A stretch of 64,000 bases of DNA from Deltaproteobacteria bacterium tcs-42. GTDB taxonomy: Bacteria; Desulfobacterota; Desulfuromonadia; Desulfuromonadales; Geopsychrobacteraceae. The stretch is taken from positions 5,605-69,604 of the forward strand of contig LLYT01000001.1 of NCBI GenBank assembly GCA_002049545.1. Direction: 5' to 3'. Under the pieces are notes generated by a model. That model worked only from the letters and a program-made list of their open reading frames with translations. It made no database searches and was not told the origin of the DNA. How positions within the stretch are numbered: position 1 is the first letter of the stretch; each line of letters starts with the position of its first letter. Positions 18,520-26,600 of the stretch are shown here, piece by piece. The position numbers were made by a program, and so were the translations under genes.

Positions 18520-21414
18520 ATGACGCCCGCACCCGAAGCGGAAGCGCGTGTAAAGATCGATGAGTTGCTTACGGCAGCCGGATGGGATGTGCAGGACATG
18601 AATGCTGTCAACATCCATGCTGCTCGTGGTGTGGCTATTCGTGAATTCCCTCTGGCTTCTGGCCATGGTTTTGCTGATTACTTGCTTTATGTTGACGGCA
18701 AGGCCTCAGGCATCATCGAAGCGAAAAAGGTCGGCACCACGCTGACCGGGATTGAAATCCAGTCCGATAAATACACCAAAGGTCTTCCCGCAGGCCTCCC
18801 GCGCTGGCACAATCCGCTGCCATTCTCCTATCAGTCAACCGGGGTTGAAAATCGCTTCACCAACGGCCTCGACCCCAATCCCCGCTCACGCAACGTCTTT
18901 GCTTTTCATCGGCCGGAACAGCTTGCCAGCCTCATTGGCTCTGCAATTGTGGATCAGGGACTGCCTGCCGATCTGGGTGGAGCATCGTTTGCCGCTGAAA
19001 CTCTGCCGCAAACCTTCCTTGCCCGCCTGCAGAAGATGCCGCCATTAGTTGAAGAAGGTCTCTGGCCGGCTCAGATCAAAGCGATTACCAACCTCGAAGC
19101 TTCTCTGCGTGCCAATCATCCACGTTCGCTGATTCAGATGGCGACCGGTAGCGGTAAGACGTTCACCGCCATCAACTTCATCTACCGGTTGATCAAGTTT
19201 GCCGGGGCGCGGCGGGTGCTGTTCCTGGTCGATCGGGGCAACCTTGGGCGGCAGACCCTCAAGGAATTTCAACAATACGTTTCTCCCTACAACAACTTCA
19301 AGTTCAGTGAAGAGTACATCGTCCAGCATCTCAACTCGAACGTCCTCGATACCACCGCACGAGTGTCTATCTGCACCATCCAGCGACTCTATTCGATGCT
19401 CAAAGGACGTGACCTGCCCGAAGATCTGGATGAGGAATCGGTCGAGTTTGGGAGTTTGTTCAAGGAACCGGAGCCGATTGAGTACAACCCCGATATTCCT
19501 ATTGGCACTTTTGATGTTATCGTCACCGACGAGTGCCATCGTTCCATTTACAACCTCTGGCGGCAAGTGTTGGAATATTTTGATGCCTCCCTCATCGGTC
19601 TTACCGCCACCCCCAGCAAGCAGACCTTCGGTTTTTTCAATCAGAATCTGGTGATGGAGTACGGCCACGAACACGCCGTCGCCGATGGGGTCAATGTCAA
19701 CTACGATGTCTATCGCATTAAGACCGCCATTACAGAACAGGGCGGAGAAGTTGAGGCTGGTTATTACGTCGACAAGCGTGACCGTGACACCCGCCAGGTG
19801 CGTTGGGAGCAGTTGGATGATGATTTTGCCTACGAGGCCAAGCAGCTTGATCGGGATGTGTTTGCCGTTGACCAGATTCGCACGGTGATTCAGACCTACC
19901 GGAACAAACTGTTCAGCGAAATTTTCCCTGGTCGAACCGAGGTGCCAAAAACGCTGATTTTTGCCAAGGATGATTCCCACGCCGAGGATATCGTCAAAAT
20001 TGTCCGTGAGGAGTTCGGCAAGGGGAACGACTTTGCCCAGAAGATCACCTATCGTACTACTGGCGCCAAGCCGGAAGATCTGATTGCCTCATTTCGTAAT
20101 AGTTATTTCCCCCGCATTGCCGTCACTGTCGATATGATCGCCACCGGCACCGACATCAAGGCGTGTGAGTGTGTTTTCTTCATGCGTACCGTCAAGTCCC
20201 GCGCTTATTTTGAGCAGATGAAGGGTCGCGGGGTGCGGATCATCAATGACAACGACCTGCAAGCGGTGACCCCCGATGCTGTCACCAAAGATCATTTCAT
20301 CATTGTCGATGCCGTTGGTGTTTGTGAGATGGATCAGACCGATTCACGCCCCATGGAGCGCAAGAAGAATGTCGGTTTCGAAAAACTGCTGCAGGCGGTT
20401 GCTTTCGGCAATGCGGAAGCCGAGGTGATATCATCCGTCGCCGCCCGTCTGGCGCGGATGGAGAAGAAACTGACCGCCGAAGAGCATCAGCAGGTGGATA
20501 AGCTGCTCGACGGCAAAAGCCTCAAACAGCTTACCGGTGATCTGGTCGATGCCCTTAATCCGGATAATCATATCAGTGAGGTTTACCTGCGCCGAGCGGA
20601 GCAAGGCAGGCAGGCCGATACAACCGACCCGACACCGGAGGAAATTAAACAATCCGCCATTAAGCTGGTCGGTGAAACGGTTAAACCGCTCTGTAACCCG
20701 AATCTGCGTGAGCTGTTGCTGGAGATCAAAAAGAAGAACGAGCAGATTATCGACACGGTCAGTCCCGATACGCTCATTTTCGCTGGTTTTACAGAGGAGA
20801 AGGCCAAGGGCGTGGTCGAGTCGTTTGAGCAGTTTATCGCTGACAACAAAGATGAGATCACCGCATTGCAGGTACTGTACAGCAAGCCGTACAAGCAGCG
20901 GTTACGGTTTGAGGATGTACGTGAGTTGGCAGAGAAGCTGGTTGCCCAAGTGGAACAGTTGCGGGTTTACCAAACCCATCCGCAAGATTGGGAAAAACGG
21001 GTGCCGAATGAGCTGTGGCAGGCTTACCAGAAGCTGGAAGCAAGCAAAGTACGTGGCGCTGCAGCCAGCCATATTTTGACCGATCTGGTGTCACTGGTCC
21101 GTTTTGCCATGCATCAGGAGAATGAGTTGGTACCGTTTCCTGAGCGGGTCAATGCTAATTTCAAGGCATGGATGGCACAGCAGGAAAGCTCGCCTGCGCC
21201 CGGAGGGCAGGTAGGCGGCAAAAGCTTTACCGATGAGCAGCGCAAGTGGCTGGAGATGATTCGTGACCACATTGCCGCGAATCTGCTGATTGAGACGGAT
21301 GATTTTGATTATGCGCCTTTTGCGCAAGAAGGTGGGATAGGGAAGGTTTGGCAATTGTTTGGGGATGATTTGAGTAAGATACTTGATGAATTGAATGAGG
21401 CATTGGCGGCGTGA
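18520..21414 (+). CDS. hsdR: Type I restriction enzyme R subunit (EcoEI/EcoAI-like)
   Basis: ADYLL...IIEAKK nuclease motif, MATGSGKT Walker A, DECHR, EcoEI-type C-terminus; GGGAG RBS. Confidence 0.92.
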   Translation: MTPAPEAEARVKIDELLTAAGWDVQDMNAVNIHAARGVAIREFPLASGHGFADYLLYVDGKASGIIEAKKVGTTLTGIEIQSDKYTKGLPAGLPRWHNPLPFSYQSTGVENRFTNGLDPNPRSRNVFAFHRPEQLASLIGSAIVDQGLPADLGGASFAAETLPQTFLARLQKMPPLVEEGLWPAQIKAITNLEASLRANHPRSLIQMATGSGKTFTAINFIYRLIKFAGARRVLFLVDRGNLGRQTLKEFQQYVSPYNNFKFSEEYIVQHLNSNVLDTTARVSICTIQRLYSMLKGRDLPEDLDEESVEFGSLFKEPEPIEYNPDIPIGTFDVIVTDECHRSIYNLWRQVLEYFDASLIGLTATPSKQTFGFFNQNLVMEYGHEHAVADGVNVNYDVYRIKTAITEQGGEVEAGYYVDKRDRDTRQVRWEQLDDDFAYEAKQLDRDVFAVDQIRTVIQTYRNKLFSEIFPGRTEVPKTLIFAKDDSHAEDIVKIVREEFGKGNDFAQKITYRTTGAKPEDLIASFRNSYFPRIAVTVDMIATGTDIKACECVFFMRTVKSRAYFEQMKGRGVRIINDNDLQAVTPDAVTKDHFIIVDAVGVCEMDQTDSRPMERKKNVGFEKLLQAVAFGNAEAEVISSVAARLARMEKKLTAEEHQQVDKLLDGKSLKQLTGDLVDALNPDNHISEVYLRRAEQGRQADTTDPTPEEIKQSAIKLVGETVKPLCNPNLRELLLEIKKKNEQIIDTVSPDTLIFAGFTEEKAKGVVESFEQFIADNKDEITALQVLYSKPYKQRLRFEDVRELAEKLVAQVEQLRVYQTHPQDWEKRVPNELWQAYQKLEASKVRGAAASHILTDLVSLVRFAMHQENELVPFPERVNANFKAWMAQQESSPAPGGQVGGKSFTDEQRKWLEMIRDHIAANLLIETDDFDYAPFAQEGGIGKVWQLFGDDLSKILDELNEALAA

Positions 21415-22832
21415 GCAATAAGCAAAAAGAACTCCCTCAGACTTTGCCACGTTGGGAAGTGCCTGACAGTTGGAAATGGGTCAGTCTTGCTGATGTTGGG
21501 CAGGTTATTACAGGTAATACCCCTCCGACTTCTGACAAAAATAATTATGGGAATGATATCCCCTATGTAAAACCCCCGGAACTGGTGGATCGTGGGATTT
21601 GGACAACGCCCAATGGTTTGTCTGAAAAGGGTGCTTCCATTGCAAGAACCCTTCCTGCTGGTGCTGTACTTGTCTCTTGTATTGGCGGCCTTGGGAAAAC
21701 GGGTCTTGCAAAAGTACCAGTCGCATTCAATCAACAAATTAACGCAATCATTTTCAATGAGTGTGTCATTCCTGAATATGGTTTCTACTATGCTCAAACC
21801 TTAAATGAATGGCTCCAGGGGGTTTCCTCTGCGACTACTCTTCCGATAGTAAATAAGGGTAAATTTCAAAGAGCACCAATTCCTATTGCTCCTCCAGAGC
21901 AACAAAAAAGCATCGTTGCGGAAATCGAAAAGCAATTCTCCCGCCTCGACGAAGCCGTCGCCAATCTCAAGCGCGTCAAGGCCAACCTCAAACGCTACAA
22001 AGCCGCCGTCCTCAAAGCCGCCGTCGAAGGCAAGCTCACCGAAGAATGGCGTAAACAAAACCCCGATGTTGAACCAGCCGAGAAACTGCTGGAGCGGATT
22101 CTTGCCGAACGGCGTGAGAAATGGCAGGGGAGAGGGAAGTACAAAGAACCCGCTGCGCCGGATACCACCGATCTGCCGGAATTGCCTGAGGGGTGGGGTT
22201 GGTCCAACTTTGAGCAGCTCTCAGAAGCGATTCCCAATTCGCTTAAGGCTGGCCCATTTGGATCAGCTTTAAAGAAGTCCTTTTATGTTCCAGAAGGTTA
22301 TAAGGTTTATGGTCAGGAGCAAGTCATACGCGAAGACCCATATTATGGTGACTACTTCATTGACGAAGAACGTTATGAAAGCCTTAAATCTTGCGCCATC
22401 AAGCCGGGAGATATGCTTATAAGCTTGGTTGGGACAATTGGTCGTGTACTGATTTTGCCAGAAGATAGCGAGCCGGGAATAATCAATCCTCGCTTAGTAA
22501 AAATAAGTCTAAATACAGATATTGTTGAGCCTTTGTATATCAAGATTTTTCTCCAATCTCCGTTTGTAAAATACCTCTTCGCCCTGGCTTCCCATGGTGG
22601 AACTATGGATATTTTAAATCTTGGAATCTTGAAGGGAATACCTGTCCCTATTCCGCCTCTTCTAGAGCAAAAAGCAATATTGAATGAATTCGCTAGTTTT
22701 TCTTCGGTTGAGGAGAGATTGGAAGATACGGTGGGGGCAAATCAGGCGAGAAGTAATAGGTTGCGTCAGTCAATTTTGAAAAAAGCTTTCTCCGGTCAAC
22801 TGCTGCCAAGTTCTTACGTCGCTGAGAAGTAA
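21411..22832 (+). CDS. hsdS: Type I RM specificity subunit with two TRDs
   Basis: IPIAPPEQQKSIVAEIEKQFSRLD central region; PVPIPPLLEQ...LRQSILKKAFSG C-terminal region; GTG start overlaps hsdR stop. Confidence 0.92.
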   Translation: MSNKQKELPQTLPRWEVPDSWKWVSLADVGQVITGNTPPTSDKNNYGNDIPYVKPPELVDRGIWTTPNGLSEKGASIARTLPAGAVLVSCIGGLGKTGLAKVPVAFNQQINAIIFNECVIPEYGFYYAQTLNEWLQGVSSATTLPIVNKGKFQRAPIPIAPPEQQKSIVAEIEKQFSRLDEAVANLKRVKANLKRYKAAVLKAAVEGKLTEEWRKQNPDVEPAEKLLERILAERREKWQGRGKYKEPAAPDTTDLPELPEGWGWSNFEQLSEAIPNSLKAGPFGSALKKSFYVPEGYKVYGQEQVIREDPYYGDYFIDEERYESLKSCAIKPGDMLISLVGTIGRVLILPEDSEPGIINPRLVKISLNTDIVEPLYIKIFLQSPFVKYLFALASHGGTMDILNLGILKGIPVPIPPLLEQKAILNEFASFSSVEERLEDTVGANQARSNRLRQSILKKAFSGQLLPSSYVAEK

Positions 22833-22843
22833 AGGGGTTTGCT

Positions 22844-23545
22844 ATGAAATCTGAAAAGCTATGTCACATCAATATTTATTGCGACGAAAGCAGGCACACT
22901 TCTAACAGTGAAGATCCCTATATGGTTATTGGCGCTCTCGCCTGTACGCGTGAAAAAAAACAGGAAATTTATCACGTCATAAACCTGCTAAGAAAAAAGT
23001 ACAATGTTTGGAAAGAATTCGGCTGGAAAACTTTGTCGCCAAGTCGGAAGGATTTTTATTGGGAACTGCTTGAGCTTTTCCGTAATTCTGCTGATTTGAG
23101 TTTTCGCTGTCTTGTAGTCGATAGGAATGTTCTGGATCATGAGCAATACAGCGACGGTGATTCAGAGCTTGGTTTTTACAAGCTTTATTACCAGATGTTA
23201 GTGCATTGGTTGCAGCCGCAATGTGCTTATCACCTTTATCTTGATTGGCAGCAGAACAGAGAACAGGGACGTTTTCGGGATTTAGGTCATATTCTAGAGC
23301 GAAAGCTTTCTGGCCGAGCCAAAATTGAATGTCTTGAGCCGGTAAGCTCCAAAGAGCAGCACCTTGTCCAATTGTGTGATCTGTTTATTGGGGCGGTTGG
23401 ATACGCTTGGAATACCAGGGCGGGAAGTGACACCAAGGTTGAGTTTTGCAATGCATTGGCCGCGAACATGGAAATGTCTTCTTTGAAGGTGAGTACCTAC
23501 AAAAGTGAACAGAAATTCAATATCTTTCATTTTATAGGTCGCTGA
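22844..23545 (+). CDS. DUF3800 domain protein (RNase H-like acidic motifs)
   Basis: IYCDES N-terminal motif, YLD mid motif, VQLCDLFIGA C-terminal motif. Confidence 0.8.
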   Translation: MKSEKLCHINIYCDESRHTSNSEDPYMVIGALACTREKKQEIYHVINLLRKKYNVWKEFGWKTLSPSRKDFYWELLELFRNSADLSFRCLVVDRNVLDHEQYSDGDSELGFYKLYYQMLVHWLQPQCAYHLYLDWQQNREQGRFRDLGHILERKLSGRAKIECLEPVSSKEQHLVQLCDLFIGAVGYAWNTRAGSDTKVEFCNALAANMEMSSLKVSTYKSEQKFNIFHFIGR

Positions 23546-23546
23546 A

Positions 23547-24065
23547 ATGTCTGAACATCTCTGGTCTTTACTGAGGCTAAAGGCTGAATCGGGTGATGAA
23601 GTAAAGCAGGCATATTTTAAGAAATATCTTGAAATCTATGTACGCACTTCCGATGGGCAAACGGTCGAAATTTTCGATTGGTTAGGCAATCGAATTTTTT
23701 TCAATCCGCATTTTAATTCTTTTGATCACGCGTTTACTGAGAACAGGAATTACCGTCATAGTCATGGAGTGCATTCAAAAAAGTTATGTAAAAACCGTGC
23801 GAGACGGCTTCTCTGGATAAAGGAAACTCTCAAAGGAGAAGTAGGGACGATTGAGCGTCGGCAAGAGTTTCGAGAAGACAGTCGAGGGCGGATGAAAAAG
23901 AGACGGACTCTGGTTGTGTTGGAAGAGCTATATGTAGTTGTTCTGGAGGAGAGAGAGGGGCGCAATGGGTATGATTTTGTTTCCGCATTCCCTGCTGACG
24001 CAGATTATCTTCGGAAAATACGAAAAAGAAGTACTCTGCTGGAAACAAAAAAGCCCCAGTCTTAA
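23547..24065 (+). CDS. Basic hypothetical protein, possibly BECR/RelE-fold RNase
   Basis: 172 aa, Arg/Lys-rich; FDHAF, RARRLLWIK, YVVVLE, FVSAFP resemble PBECR-type nucleases from memory; starts 1 nt after the DUF3800 stop. Confidence 0.5.
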   Translation: MSEHLWSLLRLKAESGDEVKQAYFKKYLEIYVRTSDGQTVEIFDWLGNRIFFNPHFNSFDHAFTENRNYRHSHGVHSKKLCKNRARRLLWIKETLKGEVGTIERRQEFREDSRGRMKKRRTLVVLEELYVVVLEEREGRNGYDFVSAFPADADYLRKIRKRSTLLETKKPQS

Positions 24066-24129
24066 CGGCGACTGAGGCGCTGCCACGGTCCTGAGCCTTA
24101 AGCAAAGGGCCAACAGCCTTACGGCTTAA
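24043..24129 (-). ncRNA. Predicted ~85-nt small RNA convergent on the 23547-24065 gene
   Basis: Own sigma70-like promoter upstream, two hairpins, intrinsic terminator (fully paired with a U-G wobble only on the minus strand, followed by TTTTTTGTTT). Confidence 0.6.
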
Positions 24130-24134
24130 TTTAA

Positions 24135-24163
24135 ATATTACCCGACCTCGGCTTTCTGTGCAA
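24135..24163 (-). promoter_or_regulatory. sigma70-type promoter TTGCAC-N17-TAATAT for the predicted sRNA
   Basis: Plus strand ATATTA 24135-24140, 17-bp spacer, GTGCAA 24158-24163. Confidence 0.6.
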
Positions 24164-24209
24164 CAAAAATGTTGATTCAGTAAACAACCGACTCAAATGG
24201 ACAATAGAT

Positions 24210-24314
24210 ATGATTCCTGCAGCAACCATGTTAATACTCTGGAATTATTGTAATGCCCTCCCTGTCTGCCTCATTGTTTTCAGCGCGGGCAATCGCGATT
24301 TTTCGTGGAAGTAG
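24210..24314 (+). pseudogene. Degenerate hsdM 5' remnant #1 with a 33-nt palindromic insert
   Basis: MIPAATMLILWNYCNAL-[11 codons]-RD aligns to MTPAAIVSKLWNYCNVLRD of intact hsdM. Confidence 0.7.
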
Positions 24315-24420
24315 AATACGACACCTGTAGCTATTGTTAAGTAAGTATTGGATTTTGTTCGGGACACAATATTTGATTGCCCGGATCAATAAACGCTTAC
24401 GGCGGATAAAGGTATGATAA

Positions 24421-25422
24421 ATGAACCCTCAAACTGAACAGAATGAGATTGTTCTCTTTCAGACGGACGATGGTCAGACGCAGCTTAAAGTTCAGCTTGA
24501 CCATGATACCGTCTGGCTGAGTCTCTATCAAATGGCAGAGCTTTTTCAGCGGGACAAATCAGTCGTCTCCAGGCACGTGAACGCTATTTTTAAAAGTGGC
24601 GAATTGGTGCGAGAGACAACTGTTGCAAAAAATGCAACAGTTCAGATTGAAGGCGGGCGTGAGGTCCAAAGGAGCATCGAATACTTTAATCTTGATGTTA
24701 TTATCTCCGTCGGCTATCGCGTCAATTCCAAACTCGGAATTCTGTTCCGCCAATGGGCTACCCGCGTTTTACGTGACCACCTGGTCAAAGGCTACAGCAT
24801 CAATGAACAGCGTTTGCGTGAAGAGACTGCCAAGTTGCGGGAAATGCAACAGACTGTCGATTTGCTTGCACGCACCCTGACCACTCAGGAATTGATCACT
24901 GCCACCGGTAAAGATGTGTTGCGTGTCATCAGTGACTATGCCTACGCACTGGCCACGTTGGATCGTTATGATCACGGCAGCTTGATTATTGATAAAACCA
25001 CCGCCAAAGTCTTGCATGTCATCGACTACGAGGAAGGCATTGCTCTGGTCAGGTCGATGAAAGGGGAGTTTGACGGTCTGTTTGGCATCGAAAAAGATCA
25101 GGGGTTCAAGAGTGCTCTTGGCACCATCTACCAGACATTTGATGGTAAAGAACTCTATCCCAGTGTCGAGGAAAAAGCCGCCAATCTGCTCTATTTTGTG
25201 GTGAAAAATCACGCATTCAGTGATGGCAACAAGCGTATAGCTGCGGCAATATTTATCTATTTTCTCGCTGCCAACGGTATTTTGTATCGTCCCGATGGCT
25301 CCAAGCGCCTTGCCGACAACGCTTTAGTGGCATTGACCCTGTTGATTGCCGAAAGTCGGCCTGAAGAGAAAGAGACGATTGTCAAAGTCATCATCAACCT
25401 TATCAACCGGAGTAACGACTAA
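24421..25422 (+). CDS. RhuM-like DNA-binding domain fused to Doc-type Fic domain
   Basis: TVWLSLYQMAELF, YFNLDVIISVGYRVNS (RhuM-like); HAFSDGNKRIA (Doc-type motif). Confidence 0.85.
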   Translation: MNPQTEQNEIVLFQTDDGQTQLKVQLDHDTVWLSLYQMAELFQRDKSVVSRHVNAIFKSGELVRETTVAKNATVQIEGGREVQRSIEYFNLDVIISVGYRVNSKLGILFRQWATRVLRDHLVKGYSINEQRLREETAKLREMQQTVDLLARTLTTQELITATGKDVLRVISDYAYALATLDRYDHGSLIIDKTTAKVLHVIDYEEGIALVRSMKGEFDGLFGIEKDQGFKSALGTIYQTFDGKELYPSVEEKAANLLYFVVKNHAFSDGNKRIAAAIFIYFLAANGILYRPDGSKRLADNALVALTLLIAESRPEEKETIVKVIINLINRSND

Positions 25423-25427
25423 ATATT

Positions 25428-25661
25428 ATGACCTCAGCTGCAATTGTATCCAAACTTTGGAATTTCTGTAACGTTCTTCGCGACGATGGCATGAGCTACC
25501 TGTCTGCGTGCGGTCACGCACAGGCAGGCGGCGACTACGTCCCTGCCTGCATTTCATGCGCAGGCAAGGAACAGTTCACCTATCTGCTTTTTCTCAAAAT
25601 GGCAGACGAGCGAACCAAACCGCCCTACAACCAGCTAAGCAATATCCCGAGTCATTGTTGA
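25428..25661 (+). pseudogene. hsdM 5' remnant #2 with two in-frame palindromic inserts (30 and 27 nt)
   Basis: Collinear with the first ~56 codons of intact hsdM apart from inserts LSACGHAQAG and PACISCAGK; homology stops just before the fic gene. Confidence 0.9.
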
Positions 25662-25662
25662 T

Positions 25663-26304
25663 ATGATGTCCCCTTCAGTTCGCTACGACACATCCGGCTT
25701 GCCGGAAGACCAATATGAACCCGGTTCAGATAGATCTGTTCTGAAAAATCTGCGTGGAATTACCTCTTCGGAAGAGATGCAGATTGTTGAGACAGAGGAA
25801 TTGTGGCGAACACAAGAATATCTATTGGGAGAGATTGAACAAGATCAGAAATTCACTGTTAATGATATCTATGAAATGCATCGAATCTGGCTCGAAACGG
25901 TTTATTCGTGGGCCGGAAAAGATCGTCAGGTCAATATCAGCAAAGGCGGGTTCGATTTCGCCATGGCTCGGGTGATTCCGAACATGATGGCGGAGTTTGA
26001 GCGGAAACAGTTGGCGGTACATACCCCGTGCCAATGTACCGATATAAATGAAATCGCTCAGGCTCTGGCGCAAGTGCATGTAGAGCTGATGCTGATACAC
26101 CCCTTTCGTGAGGGGAACGGTAGACTCGGTCGTTTATTTGCCACACTGATGGCATTGCAGGCAGGTTTGCCGCTACTTGATTTCAGTGATTGGTCAGGAT
26201 TAAAGAGAGAAGAATACTTTGCTGCGGTTCGTGCAGGCATGGATATGAAATATGATCCGATGAGGCAACTATTTCTTGAGGTGATAGAAGGTTCAGGCAG
26301 ATAA
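25663..26304 (+). CDS. Fic-domain AMP-transferase (class I FicT-like toxin)
   Basis: Canonical HPFREGNGRLGR motif; YEPGS...VLKNLRGI N-terminus. Confidence 0.9.
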   Translation: MMSPSVRYDTSGLPEDQYEPGSDRSVLKNLRGITSSEEMQIVETEELWRTQEYLLGEIEQDQKFTVNDIYEMHRIWLETVYSWAGKDRQVNISKGGFDFAMARVIPNMMAEFERKQLAVHTPCQCTDINEIAQALAQVHVELMLIHPFREGNGRLGRLFATLMALQAGLPLLDFSDWSGLKREEYFAAVRAGMDMKYDPMRQLFLEVIEGSGR

Positions 26305-26317
26305 CGGAAGAGGCCGG

Positions 26318-26536
26318 TTAAGATTTCTTTGAGGTGTTGTAGTTCGTCCCGGAGGTAGATTCGTGGACGCAGTTTGTCGAGCTGCTGTTCTTGGATACGA
26401 ACTGTCCCGTAACAGCATCACGCTTGACGCTAATCCCTTCAATTGCGGAAGACGATTCTATGTTGCGAGTCATCGATTTTTCACGAATTGAGCGGTTTTG
26501 AAGATGTCGATTGGTTGTTAATAGTGACTTTTTCAT
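26318..26536 (-). CDS. Small putative Fic antitoxin (FicA-like)
   Basis: 72 aa with SSAIEG matching the (S/T)xxxE(G/N) inhibitory motif; ends 13 nt from the fic stop. Confidence 0.6.
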   Translation of the reverse strand: MKKSLLTTNRHLQNRSIREKSMTRNIESSSAIEGISVKRDAVTGQFVSKNSSSTNCVHESTSGTNYNTSKKS

Positions 26537-26600
26537 GTCGCTAATTATACAAGAAGCAACAATTTTTATCAGTAAAATAATAAACAGGACAGGAACTTAA

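Noticed and set aside
18955-18990. CTGCCTGCC in hsdR as another palindromic mini-element
   Set aside because: No matching GCAGGCAGG-type right arm.
19045-19980. 311-aa minus-strand ORF, and similar long antisense ORFs over hsdM, carB, pyrC and pyrB
   Set aside because: Antisense to well-supported genes, typical shadow ORFs, no motifs.
22844-24163. Retron, CRISPR or DGR interpretation of the island
   Set aside because: No reverse transcriptase, cas genes or repeat-spacer array anywhere in the window.
25428-25661. hsdM remnant as a phase-variation or shufflon cassette
   Set aside because: No recombinase and no inverted repeats flanking swappable segments; the homology is to the conserved hsdM N-terminus, not to TRDs.
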